Shown here: piece by piece, positions 29,838 to 40,400 of the stretch
Position numbering within the stretch: the first letter of the stretch is position 1
Layout: every line of letters starts with the position of its first letter
DNA from: Coleofasciculus chthonoplastes F2-STO-03
GTDB lineage: Bacteria; Cyanobacteriota; Cyanobacteriia; Cyanobacteriales; Coleofasciculaceae
Direction: 5' to 3'
Assembly: GCA_040222015.1 (NCBI GenBank)
Contig: JAVJWO010000154.1
Location: forward strand, 1 to 47,233
DNA: 47,233 nucleotides
The notes under the pieces: model-generated
The model's input: the letters and a program-made list of their open reading frames with translations, nothing else
Told to the model about the DNA's origin: nothing
Databases searched by the model: none
Program-made: the position numbers and the translations under genes

Positions 29838-30131
29838 TTAAGCGACTTGTTGACTACAAGCAGGATGCGCCGTCAAAAACTTTGGGTTGTAGTATTTCAC
29901 CCCGAGTTTATCCAATGTGGCGATCGCGCTATCCATGGCTTCCTTAATCCAATCATTTGGATCAGGGGACTTGGCACTGAGTTGGTAATCCGTTACATGA
30001 GGTTTGCACTCATCGGGATCATAGGTGCCGGAAGCTCGGCAAATAGACACATAGATGGTGTTATCAACATCTGGATTTGGCATCTCAATTCTGATGTAGT
30101 GATTCAGATAGAGCAAGGTTGACATGAACAT
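29838..30131 (-). CDS. Hypothetical protein (~97 aa)
   Basis: ORF; ATG at 30131 preferred over the upstream TTG; no recognised motif. Confidence 0.55.
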   Translation of the reverse strand: MFMSTLLYLNHYIRIEMPNPDVDNTIYVSICRASGTYDPDECKPHVTDYQLSAKSPDPNDWIKEAMDSAIATLDKLGVKYYNPKFLTAHPACSQQVA

Positions 30132-30452
30132 GAGCCTAATCTCTCCGTCTTGGCTAAAGGGATTTACATCTCTTAATTTACTATTACTTTTATTTTTATT
30201 TGATCCTGATATTTTCGCTTCCGCCAAATTTTCTGATTATTTTGTGTACTTTGGCGGATTGACAAAGATTACATTTTTAGTTACATGGATTTGACTTTAT
30301 GTTTTTTTAGTAATATAAAAAAACATAATATATTTTCGTCAAACTAATAATTGTATAACAAAACTTAATCAAATGCAACACAGTATCCCCACGTTGGCAG
30401 ATGAGCTTCAGACGCACACCATCAAATCAACCTAGTGCAGCATGGGGGAAAT

Positions 30453-32903
30453 CTATTTACGACTGATAAATATATAAGTCGTCATTTCTCCCTTACCTTT
30501 AACTAAAATTTGACCCCGCTGCTCAAATAAAAACTTGTCCTTACAGAGTTTGTATGTAGTTTCTGTGACTTGGATCTTGTCAGGAATGCCATGAGATTCC
30601 ATGCGGCTAGCGGTATTGACCGCATCTCCCCACAAATCATAAATAAATTTCTTGGTGCCAATTACCCCAGCAATCACAGGACCACTATTGATCCCAATCC
30701 GCAGGCAGAAATTTTCATCCTGAAACTGGTTAAAGCGAGCAATGGCGATTTGCATATCCAATGCCATTTCGATCATGGCTTCAGCATGGTCTTGGCGAGG
30801 AGTGGGAATACCACTGGCGATCATATAAGCATCGCCAATTGTTTTAATCTTCTCTAACCCATGCTTTTCCGTTAATTGATCAAATCGGGAGAATATCTGA
30901 TTTAATAAGAACACCAATTGCGCGGGTGGCATCCGAGCCGAAATATCGGTAAAGCCAACAATATCGGCAAATAAAATCGTCACATCGGCAAAGCGATCGG
31001 CAATGAGACAGGTTTCCTGTTTTAATCGCTCGGCAATGGGTTGGGGTAAAATATTCAACAATAAACGATCAGCTTTCTCCTGTTCCCAACGCAATGCCTT
31101 CTCAGCTTGCTTGCGTTCGGTAATATCACGGACAAAGGCACAGTTGTATTCCTTGCCGTTAAATTCCAAATAACTAATTCGCACTTCTACGGGGATACGT
31201 GTACCCGTTTTGCTACGATGATACGATTCAAGACAGAGGGAACCACATTGTTTAAGAATCTGCCAATGCTCTGACCAACTCTGAGCTGTAAAATTAGCAT
31301 CAATCTCATGAATTTTCATCGACAGCAAATCATACAAGGGATACCCCAACAACCGACAAGCGGCATAATTGACATACAATAACTTTCCATCTTGCCCAAT
31401 CCAGAAAATTGCATCAGCCGCTCGATCAATCGAAAACTGCGTAAATCGTAAGGCGTCATTAACTGTTTCCAGTTGTTCATTCGCCGTTTCCATTTGGGTT
31501 GTACGTTCTGCTAATGCTTGTTGTGCCAAATATTTCTCAGTGATATCATTGAACAACCAGAGGCGACCTTGAATATCTTTCCCATAAGTGGGGAAACTTG
31601 AGATACTCAGTACCAATGATTGGGGTTGACTAAATGTCCAGATCCAGTCGTGAATTTCGGCTTCGGGTTGAGAAAAAAGTTGTGCCGCCTGTTTAGCAAT
31701 CTCCTCCTGATTATCAGCGCTGCTGCGTAAGGTTGCCATCGCCTGGGCGATCGCACTCGGTTCCACGTCTCCTGGTTTTAATCCCAAAAGCTTTGCCCCG
31801 GCTGGATTCAGCCAACCTTGTCCGCCACTGATATCAACAAATACGACGCCCTGAGGGATTTCTAAAATGGCATTGTAGCGGGCTTGGAGTTGTTCCAGGC
31901 GAAACGTGGTGGTTTGCAGACGTAGGAGGGTGTGGAGTTCCCCCAGTAGTAAATCCAGGAAGCGACGCTGGTATGAGGGCAAGTAAGTTTGGCGATACCA
32001 GAGTAATAAGATAGCACCTTGCTCCTGTGTCGTTTGTTCCTTCCGCAGGGGGAGTACCGCCAGAGACTTAGTACCTTGAGCGACAAGGATAGGGGCGGCT
32101 TTGGGCGTCGCCGGATAATTCCCATAGAATAGGGTGCGTTTATGGGTTAGGGCTTCAGCAAAGAGTTTCGGGGTTGTCAGTTGATTGGGTAGGGCTGTAG
32201 AGGGGAAACTGACGAGTGATTGAGCCGTTACCTGATCCAGTTGACGCAGTGCGATCGCGGCGTCGGCTTGGGATAACTCATACAACAAACGGGTAACCTG
32301 CTCAATAAGCTGATCGGGAGTATGGGTATCTGATTGTGTGATCGCGGCGAGTACCGAACCGGCTGCCAATTTCCATTCAATCTCCAACAGAAAACGACGC
32401 ACCAGTACACCACCTCCCATGGCTAAACCCAATCCTGTAAGCCAAGGGTGCAAGTATCGACTCACAAGCATCCAGCCACCGATCAAAATCAACCCGATTA
32501 CAGACAGCGATCGGGGATTGGCATAGTTTTGAGTTTTGAGTGTAGAGGCGTACCGTGGCGTGTCTGAGTTTTCAATGTAGAGACGTGCCATAGCGCGTCT
32601 GAGTTTTGAGCCAACGCTAGGCTCATTTGGAACCGGGTTTTGAATTGATTCCCCATCTCCCTTGTCTCCTCTGCTTCTCGGCTCCTGTGTTCTCCTATCT
32701 TCCCCCATTTTTATTCCCATGAAGGGATTCAGAATCCAAGCAGGTAGAGGTAACAAAACGATGACAGTAAAGACAATCGATGCGAAACTCAGCGTCGAGA
32801 TCCTGCTGGGATTAAGGATATCTAGTCCAAACAGAGTCAGCAATAGTCCGATTAAAAATCGTCTAAATGTAGGAAGCTGATTGGGATGATCCAAGGACGA
32901 CAA
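30453..32903 (-). CDS. Membrane-anchored class III adenylate cyclase with GAF-like and two PAS domains
   Basis: TILFADIVGFT, EKIKTIGDAYM, RIGINSGPV, YDLWGDAVNTASRMES (ATP-specifying K and D); PAS motifs LLYVNYAAC...RDITERK. Confidence 0.93.
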   Translation of the reverse strand: MSSLDHPNQLPTFRRFLIGLLLTLFGLDILNPSRISTLSFASIVFTVIVLLPLPAWILNPFMGIKMGEDRRTQEPRSRGDKGDGESIQNPVPNEPSVGSKLRRAMARLYIENSDTPRYASTLKTQNYANPRSLSVIGLILIGGWMLVSRYLHPWLTGLGLAMGGGVLVRRFLLEIEWKLAAGSVLAAITQSDTHTPDQLIEQVTRLLYELSQADAAIALRQLDQVTAQSLVSFPSTALPNQLTTPKLFAEALTHKRTLFYGNYPATPKAAPILVAQGTKSLAVLPLRKEQTTQEQGAILLLWYRQTYLPSYQRRFLDLLLGELHTLLRLQTTTFRLEQLQARYNAILEIPQGVVFVDISGGQGWLNPAGAKLLGLKPGDVEPSAIAQAMATLRSSADNQEEIAKQAAQLFSQPEAEIHDWIWTFSQPQSLVLSISSFPTYGKDIQGRLWLFNDITEKYLAQQALAERTTQMETANEQLETVNDALRFTQFSIDRAADAIFWIGQDGKLLYVNYAACRLLGYPLYDLLSMKIHEIDANFTAQSWSEHWQILKQCGSLCLESYHRSKTGTRIPVEVRISYLEFNGKEYNCAFVRDITERKQAEKALRWEQEKADRLLLNILPQPIAERLKQETCLIADRFADVTILFADIVGFTDISARMPPAQLVFLLNQIFSRFDQLTEKHGLEKIKTIGDAYMIASGIPTPRQDHAEAMIEMALDMQIAIARFNQFQDENFCLRIGINSGPVIAGVIGTKKFIYDLWGDAVNTASRMESHGIPDKIQVTETTYKLCKDKFLFEQRGQILVKGKGEMTTYIFISRK

Positions 32904-33028
32904 TGAGCATTAACCATAAATAAGTGAAGCCAGATGTTGTTGACATAGAGAGTTTATCACCAGCGCCAAAGTTCGGCTGGCACAAAGGATGCCGACTATC
33001 AACTCCTGTTATCTCAATGCCTTTGAAG

Positions 33029-33829
33029 TTAAGAACAAAGATAAGCCGCGATCGCTTGAGTTACCGTATCTGGCGCACTCAAGTGAGGTAAATGACCCCA
33101 TGCTTTTATATTGATTAGCTGACTCTTAGGGATGTTATCTGACATATACTGACCCACTTCTGGGGGTACCGCAATATCATCGCTAGCTTGTAGAATCAGA
33201 GTGGGTACGTTCAGACGGGGTAACTCATCCCGGTGATCCGACTGAAATATAACTCGAGCAACAGCTTGAGCAATATCTGGACGAATAGCCGTCAGAGTAT
33301 TCGCAAATTCTGTTGCCAATTCCGGACGTTCGGGGTTTCCCATTACCATCGAGGCAAAACCACTCACCCAAGCATAGTAGTTCGCCGACATCGCCCTATA
33401 AAGTGTATCTAAGTCGGACTGATCAAACCCACCTACATATCCCACATCGTTGAGATACCGAGGAGATGCACCGACAAAAATAAGCTGGCTGAAGCACGAC
33501 GGATCGGTCAGCGCGGCTAGTAAACTAATCATACCACTGGCTGAGTGACCTACCAAGATGGAGTGGGTAAGTTCTAACTCATGACAGATTTCCAGCAAGT
33601 CCTCGGCGTAGCTATAGAGGCTACTGTAGCGATGGGGACTATAGGCAGAAAAATCGGATTTTCCCGCACCGACATGATCAAAGAGGACAATCCGATAGTT
33701 AGGGGCGAAGGCGGCGACTTGATGACGCCAAGCGGTTTGATCTGAACCAAAGCCATGGGCAAAGATGATCGTCTGAGTACCTTCACCGAGAATATTGATA
33801 TGATTGCGTTCTAATACACTTGTGGTCAT
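33029..33829 (-). CDS. RsbQ/KAI2/D14-like alpha/beta hydrolase
   Basis: AHGFGSDQ, GHSASG nucleophile elbow, ASPRYLND, DIAVP, GHLPHLS. Confidence 0.92.
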   Translation of the reverse strand: MTTSVLERNHINILGEGTQTIIFAHGFGSDQTAWRHQVAAFAPNYRIVLFDHVGAGKSDFSAYSPHRYSSLYSYAEDLLEICHELELTHSILVGHSASGMISLLAALTDPSCFSQLIFVGASPRYLNDVGYVGGFDQSDLDTLYRAMSANYYAWVSGFASMVMGNPERPELATEFANTLTAIRPDIAQAVARVIFQSDHRDELPRLNVPTLILQASDDIAVPPEVGQYMSDNIPKSQLINIKAWGHLPHLSAPDTVTQAIAAYLCS

Positions 33830-33867
33830 ACGTTAGGTGTACACAATTAAAGTTAACGGTGAAGGTC

Positions 33868-33897
33868 GTCATTGGTCATTGGTCATTTGTCATTTGT
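33868..33897 (-). repeat. STRR heptamers (TGACAAA/TGACCAA)
   Basis: Four units upstream of the hydrolase. Confidence 0.8.
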
Positions 33898-33915
33898 AAG
33901 GGTTTGAGGTCTATT

Positions 33916-34051
33916 TATAGCAACCGCCATGGCTGTTAGGACACATCATTTATGTAGAGACGCGCCATGGCGCGTCTCTACTGGACTGTGGACAAAAAAG
34001 GACGAGGAGATTATCAAATACCATGAGAGACGCGATTAATCGCGTCTCTAC
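33916..34051. mobile_element. Partial MITE copy (inverted relative to 7095-7160) plus a second REP palindrome
   Basis: 33916-33981 is the reverse complement of 7095-7160 with one mismatch; GAGACGCGATTAATCGCGTCTCTAC ends at 34051. Confidence 0.8.
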
Positions 34052-34082
34052 CCTGAATGATCCTGCATATAAAATTTGTCTT

Positions 34083-34475
34083 TCAAGAGACAGCGTGGAA
34101 TGCGGCTAATATTTGTTTAGGTCTCAACGGAAACTTAAACCGTGAATGATTGGTAGATGCAACGGGTTGCGAGTCGGAAGCCTTCGCTTGGTTCTCCTCT
34201 AAACCCTCCTCATGTAACTCAGACACCGGAACTAACATGGAATCGTGAGAACGTACCGCCATTTCGCCTTGTGCTAGTGCATCTCGCCACTGACGCCCAG
34301 TTTTCCAAGCCTTAAACTTGGCAGCATTCCAACGAGGATTCACTGGATATCCCGCAAATCCACAACGCAAAGCGGCATGGTTAGCACTGGGAATCAGGGT
34401 ATTGACCCAAACATTATCGGTTAGATCGATTAGCATGAAGTTTGGCTCCTTGTAAACTGTAGACATAAACTTCAC
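34083..34475 (-). CDS. Hypothetical protein
   Basis: 130-aa ORF with an AGAGAG SD-like sequence upstream; motif-like GFAGYPVNPRW...AWKTG. Confidence 0.7.
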   Translation of the reverse strand: MKFMSTVYKEPNFMLIDLTDNVWVNTLIPSANHAALRCGFAGYPVNPRWNAAKFKAWKTGRQWRDALAQGEMAVRSHDSMLVPVSELHEEGLEENQAKASDSQPVASTNHSRFKFPLRPKQILAAFHAVS

Positions 34476-34944
34476 CTCTCTATTGTTGTCAACCGAACAA
34501 TTTTGTTGAGTATTATCAACTATTGTATTACGGATTGTTAAATAGCTACATCGCTTACTTGCGATTTACTTGTATTTACCTTCAACCGCAACATAGCCAT
34601 TTCCGGAGAAACGTGCGATCGCGCCCGAGTCCAGAAATTGACTAGAAAGCTTACCAGCAAACCTTCTCACAGGCGCTGAAGTCTAAAGGGTTTGGGATTT
34701 TTCCCAGCCACGCCATTACCCTTTAGTAATGTAAAGAAACCTTAAAGATTTGTCAAACGTCTTATTTGTACCGTCTTATTTGTACAAGCGTCCCCTAATC
34801 TGGGGTGACATTCAATCCTCAATTTTATCTGCACCCAGACGCAGGCGATCGCACCTCTTTTCCCCGGCTACCCTGCTGGGACGGACAAAGCTAGGACGGA
34901 CAAACAAGGCGAGTCACTTCCCGATGCCCTCATACACCAGGGAG

Positions 34945-35026
34945 TGCGGATGGCGAGACTCGAACTCGCAAGGCTTGCGCCACACGCCCCTCAAGCGTGC
35001 GTGTCTACCGATTCCACCACATCCGC
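34945..35026 (-). tRNA. trnL: tRNA-Leu(GAG)
   Basis: GCGGATG/CATCCGC acceptor stem; CACGC-TTGAGGG-GCGTG anticodon arm; long variable arm; TTCGAGT. Confidence 0.97.
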
Positions 35027-35195
35027 ATGGCTAACCCATTATATCAGCTCTTATGAGAAAATTACGACTTCTCAACAACTTTGTTGATGAATCCGATGGG
35101 GAAAAGGGGAAACGTCACCCACGCGTCCCAAAGGATGCCACCAAAGGGGACAATCCCCCTTATCCTACTGAATACGGATATAGCAGCGCTGTTTT

Positions 35196-36551
35196 ATGGA
35201 CTTTGCCAAAATCTTAATTGCCAATCGTGGGGAAATTGCCCTGCGGATTCTCCGAACCTGTGAAGAAATGGGAATTGCCACCGTTGCCGTTCACTCGACC
35301 ATCGATCAACACGCCCTCCATGTACAACTGGCGGATGAAGCTATTTGCATCGGTGAAGCGCCCAGTAGCAAAAGTTACTTGAATATTCCCAACATTATTG
35401 CCGCCGCCCTGACGCGCAACGCCACCGCCATTCATCCTGGCTATGGTTTTTTGGCAGAAAATGCCCGATTCGCCGAAATTTGCGCCGATCATCAAATCTC
35501 CTTTATCGGTCCATCACCGGAAGCGATGCGGGCGATGGGGGATAAATCCACTGCCAAGGAAACCATGCAACGGGCAGGTGTACCCACCGTACCCGGAAGT
35601 GAGGGATTGTTGAGTAGTGAACGGGAAGCCATAACCCTTGCTAAAGACATGGGTTATCCAGTGATGATTAAAGCCACAGCCGGTGGTGGTGGACGGGGGA
35701 TGCGCTTGGTTCCCGATGAAAGTGCAATGAGTCGCCTGTTTCAAGCAGCCCTTGGGGAAGCCGAAGCCGCTTTTGGCAATCCAGGACTTTATCTGGAAAA
35801 ATTTATCGTCCGTCCCCGCCATATTGAGTTTCAAATTCTTGCTGATAGTTACGGTAACGTGATTCATCTGGGAGAACGAGACTGTTCCATTCAACGGCGT
35901 CACCAGAAACTCTTAGAAGAAGCCCCTAGTCCAGCCTTGACCCCAGAACTGCGAGAAAAAATGGGAACAGCCGCCGTCATGGCTGCCAAGTCGATTAATT
36001 ACGTCGGGGCGGGTACGGTTGAGTTTCTGCTGGATGCCATGGGTAATTTTTACTTTATGGAAATGAATACCCGCATTCAAGTTGAACATCCTGTCACCGA
36101 GATGATCTCAGGATTGGACTTAATTGCCGAACAGATTCGGATTGCCCAAGGCGAACCCTTGAAACTGACGCAAGACCAAGTGAAGCTTCAGGGACACGCG
36201 ATTGAATGTCGGATTAATGCCGAAGATCCCGATCGCAATTTCCGTCCTCAACCGGGGCGGATTAGTGGGTATCTGCCACCCGGAGGACCCGGCGTGCGGA
36301 TGGATTCCCATGTGTATACCGATTATGAAATCCCCCCCTATTACGACTCATTAATCGGCAAATTAATCGTATGGGCACCCAACCGCGATGCCGCGATTCG
36401 CCGCATGAAACGCGCCCTGCGCGAATGTGCGATTACTGGGGTTGCCACCACGCTGAGTTTCCACCAAAAAATCTTAGAAACCCCAGCGTTTCTCAGTGGT
36501 GATGTGTATACAAATTTTGTTGAGCAAATGATGGCAACTGACCAATCCTAA
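35196..36551 (+). CDS. accC: Acetyl-CoA carboxylase biotin carboxylase subunit
   Basis: [50 protein letters not shown]. Confidence 0.98.
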   Translation: MDFAKILIANRGEIALRILRTCEEMGIATVAVHSTIDQHALHVQLADEAICIGEAPSSKSYLNIPNIIAAALTRNATAIHPGYGFLAENARFAEICADHQISFIGPSPEAMRAMGDKSTAKETMQRAGVPTVPGSEGLLSSEREAITLAKDMGYPVMIKATAGGGGRGMRLVPDESAMSRLFQAALGEAEAAFGNPGLYLEKFIVRPRHIEFQILADSYGNVIHLGERDCSIQRRHQKLLEEAPSPALTPELREKMGTAAVMAAKSINYVGAGTVEFLLDAMGNFYFMEMNTRIQVEHPVTEMISGLDLIAEQIRIAQGEPLKLTQDQVKLQGHAIECRINAEDPDRNFRPQPGRISGYLPPGGPGVRMDSHVYTDYEIPPYYDSLIGKLIVWAPNRDAAIRRMKRALRECAITGVATTLSFHQKILETPAFLSGDVYTNFVEQMMATDQS

Positions 36552-36565
36552 AGGGTTAGGGGCAG

Positions 36566-36850
36566 TCAGTGCATCATGGTCAGTAACCCTTGCTGACCGA
36601 CAAGAATCTCCCGAAGTAAGCTAACAATCCCAACCCAAATAATCGGCGTAATATCCACACCCCCAATGGGCGGCACCAGTTTGCGGGTTGGGACTAAAAA
36701 GGGTTCGGTGGGCAAAGCGACCAGATTAAAGGGGAAGCGGTTGAGATCGATCTGAGGATACCAGGTGAGGATAATCCGGAAGATGAATAGTAAGATAGCC
36801 AGTCCCAGTAAAGGGCTGAAAATCCATGTTGCCAGTGTAGCAGTACTCAT
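36566..36850 (-). CDS. ycf19: YggT/Ycf19 family membrane protein
   Basis: RIILTWYP...TEPFL...PPIGGVDITPI; ATG at 36850 preferred. Confidence 0.88.
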   Translation of the reverse strand: MSTATLATWIFSPLLGLAILLFIFRIILTWYPQIDLNRFPFNLVALPTEPFLVPTRKLVPPIGGVDITPIIWVGIVSLLREILVGQQGLLTMMH

Positions 36851-37054
36851 GAGATAATTCCTAATTTCACGCAAAAGTATGGAAATCAGTTAGCCAGTCT
36901 AACGCAAGACTGGGATGAACTACTATCACATTTAAGCGTGATATTGACCAGTGTTCCCTCAAAGAAACTTTGACTACACTGAGAAATATTTACGAAATGA
37001 AATATTTCTTAATTATTTTGTACTAATACTTAATTAAGTTAAAATTTCCCAGCT

Positions 37055-37096
37055 TGTAAAAACTAATACAGCTTATTATTTAGATTATTTTAAGCT
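37055..37096 (+). promoter_or_regulatory. Putative NtcA-activated promoter upstream of nifJ
   Basis: TGTA-AAAACTAA-TACA (37055-37070), then TAAGCT (TAN3T) 21 nt after TAC. Confidence 0.5.
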
Positions 37097-37471
37097 AGGG
37101 AGTTACAAAAGTCTTAAATAAATTAAAAAAAAGTTAGACTACCTAAATTGCTAATTTTTTGTTAGATAATAGAAGAGTATCCGGAAGCAGACGGGAATGT
37201 TAAAAGACTGTTAACGAATTCCGGAAATGACCGTCAGCCATATAGCTTGGGGGTTGAATGTCGAGTTATGTCCCCTAGACAAAACAACATTGACGTTGTT
37301 CAAAGAGGACTCAATTGGAAACTTTATGCTAATTCGATTGCCAAGAGAATTGACGTTTTGTAGTGGAAGAGACGAAATTGATAGGGGATTTGCAATAGAT
37401 AAGGAATTAATGTTGAAGTTGAGCGCCCCAAACAAAAAAGATTACCCAGCAACCCAAAAAGGTTTGTAACT

Positions 37472-40400
37472 ATGACGAAACGAACGATTGCAACTCTAGA
37501 CGGAAACGAAGCGGTAGCTCGCGTTGCCTACCCACTTAATGAAGTGATCGCCATTTATCCGATCACCCCCGCTTCACCCATGGGAGAATGGGCAGATGCC
37601 TGGTCTTCAGAAGGTCGCAAGAACCTCTGGGGTACTGTTCCCTCAATCATTGAAATGCAGAGTGAAGCCGGGGCGGCAGGTACAGTTCATGGCGCGTTGC
37701 AGGCAGGGTCATTGACCAGCACATTCACAGCATCTCAAGGCTTGCTGTTAATGCTGCCCAACCTCTACAAAATCGCTGGGGAAATGACCTCAGCCGTGAT
37801 CCATGTCGCCGCGCGATCGCTAGCCGCCCAAGCCCTGTCAATTTTTGGGGATCACCAAGATGTGATGGCGTGTCGTGCCACCGGCTTTGGTCTGTTGGCG
37901 TCGGGATCAGTCCAAGAAGCCCATGACCTAGCGTTAATTACCCACGCCGCTAGCCTAGAATCCCGCATTCCTTTTATCCATTTCTTTGACGGCTTCCGCA
38001 CTTCCCACGAAGTTCAGAAAATTGAACTCCTGGCAGACGAAGATCTGCGGGCGATGATTAATGATGAACGGGTGATGGAACACCGGGCGCGGGGTCTAAC
38101 CCCGGATCGCCCCGTCTTGCGCGGCACTGCCCAAAACCCAGATGTCTATTTCCAAGCACGGGAAACCGTTAATCCTTACTACAACGCCTGCCCGGAAATT
38201 GTCCAGAACACCATGGACAAATTTGCCGAACTCACCGGGCGCAAATATGAATTGTTCCAATATTACGGTGCCCCTGATGCCGAACGAGTGGTCATCCTCA
38301 TGGGTTCTGGCACAGAAACCGTCCATGAAACCGTGGATTACCTGAACAAACAGGGTGAAAAAGTAGGGATGATCAAAGTGCGGCTGTATCGCCCCTTTGA
38401 CATGAAACAGTTGGTCAAGGCATTACCGGCTACCACCAAGAGTATCGCTGCCTTAGACCGAACCAAAGAACCGGGTGCTGGTGGTGAACCCCTGTATCTG
38501 GATATCGTGACAGCCGTTGAGGAAGCTTGGGAAGCAGATAGTCCCAAACCCAAGGTTGTCGGTGGACGCTATGGCTTATCCTCCAAGGAATTTAGCCCCG
38601 CGATGGTTAAGGGGATTTTCGATAACCTGGCGGCTAACCAACCGAAGAACCATTTTACTATTGGCATCAACGATGACTTGACCAATACCAGCCTCTCCTA
38701 TGATCCCAACTTCTCCACAGAACCCGAAACTGTGGTACGCTGTGTGTTCTATGGCTTAGGGTCAGATGGTACCGTGGGCGCGAATAAGAACTCGATCAAG
38801 ATTATTGGTGAAGAAACCGAGAACTACGCCCAAGGCTACTTCGTGTACGACTCCAAGAAATCCGGTGCCGTTACCGTTTCTCACCTGCGCTTCGGACCCG
38901 AAAAGATTCGCTCAACCTACCTGATTAGCCAAGCGAACTTTGTCGCCTGTCACCAGTGGCTATTCCTGGAAAAATTGAACGTTCTGAGTTCAGCTGCTCC
39001 TGGTGCAACCTTCCTGCTGAATTGTCCCTTCAGTAAAGATGAAGTGTGGAGTAAACTACCCCGCCCAATCCAAGAGGAAATTGTCAACAAGCAGTTGAAG
39101 TTCTATGTCATTGACGCTAACCAAGTGGCAGTTAGCAGTGGCATGGGACGGCGGATTAACACCGTGATGCAAGTCTGCTTCTTTGAACTGGCGAATGTCT
39201 TACCCAAAGCAGAAGCGATCGCTAAAATTAAGCAGTACATCGAAAAGACTTACGGCAAGAAGGGTGCAGAAGTTGTCCGCATGAATATTGAGGCGGTGGA
39301 CAATGCCTTGGCGCATCTGTATGAAGTGCAAGTGCCAGACACAATAGACAGCACCGTAGATATGCGTCCCCCGGTTCCCGACACCGCCCCAGCCTTTGTC
39401 CGGGATGTGTTGGGTAAGATGATGGCGCGGGGTGGCGATAACCTGCCCGTGAGTGCCATGCCCGTAGATGGGACATTCCCTACTGGCACAACCAAATGGG
39501 AAAAACGCAATGTGGCATTAGAAGTCCCGGTTTGGGACCCCGATGTCTGCGTCCAGTGTGGCAAATGTGTCATGGTTTGTCCCCATGCGGTGATCCGAGG
39601 CAAGTCTTACGACTCACAGGTGTTAGAAAATGCCCCAGATTCTTTTAAGTCCACGGATACACGGGATAAAGAGTATGGGGGACAGAAATTTACGATTCAG
39701 GTGGCGGTAGAAGACTGCACCGGTTGCGGGATATGTGTCGATGTTTGTCCGGCGAAGAATAAGTCTCAGCCGAAGCTGAAGGCGATTAACATGGAATCCC
39801 AGTTACCCCTGCGGGACCAAGAACAGGCAAATTGGGACTTCTTCTTAGATATTCCCAATCCCGATCGCCGTTCCTTAAATTTAGATCGGATTCGCCAGCA
39901 GCAATGGCAGGAACCCCTATTTGAGTTCTCCGGCGCTTGTGCGGGTTGTGGGGAAACGCCGTATCTGAAACTGGCGACCCAGTTATTTGGCGATCGCATG
40001 GTAGTGGCAAATGCCACAGGCTGTTCCTCAATTTACGGGGGGAACCTGCCAACTACGCCTTGGTCACAGAATGCTGAAGGGCGCGGACCGGCTTGGTCGA
40101 ATAGCTTATTTGAAGATAACGCCGAATTTGGCATTGGCTTCCGGGTGTCCATTGACAAACACACCCAATTTGCCGCTGAGTTAGTGCAAACGTTAGCGGG
40201 TGAGATTGGCGATAACTTAGTTGGTGGTATTCTCAACGCCGACCAGAAATCCGAAGCCGATATCTGGGAACAACGGGAACGAGTCGCGCAACTCAAGCAG
40301 AAACTGCAAGGGATGAACTCTCCCGAAGCCAAGCAGTTGTTAAGTTTAGCCGATTACCTGGTTAAGAAGAGTGTCTGGATTATTGGCGGTGACGGCTGGG

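Noticed and set aside
29697..30122. 141-aa plus-strand ORF
   Set aside because: TTG start at a REP end and antisense to the more plausible minus-strand ORF; cannot be fully excluded.
24296..35026. Genomic island integrated at either tRNA
   Set aside because: No integrase or duplicated tRNA 3' end was seen; the segment includes housekeeping pcrA and normal HIP1 sites.
34750..35034. 94-aa ORF
   Set aside because: Spans the antisense of tRNA-Leu and short duplications.
36875..37200. psbX, often found upstream of ycf19
   Set aside because: No PsbX-like frame could be read in this AT-rich spacer.
37211..37469. 80-aa and 74-aa ORFs upstream of nifJ
   Set aside because: No recognisable motifs or clear RBS; more likely leader sequence.
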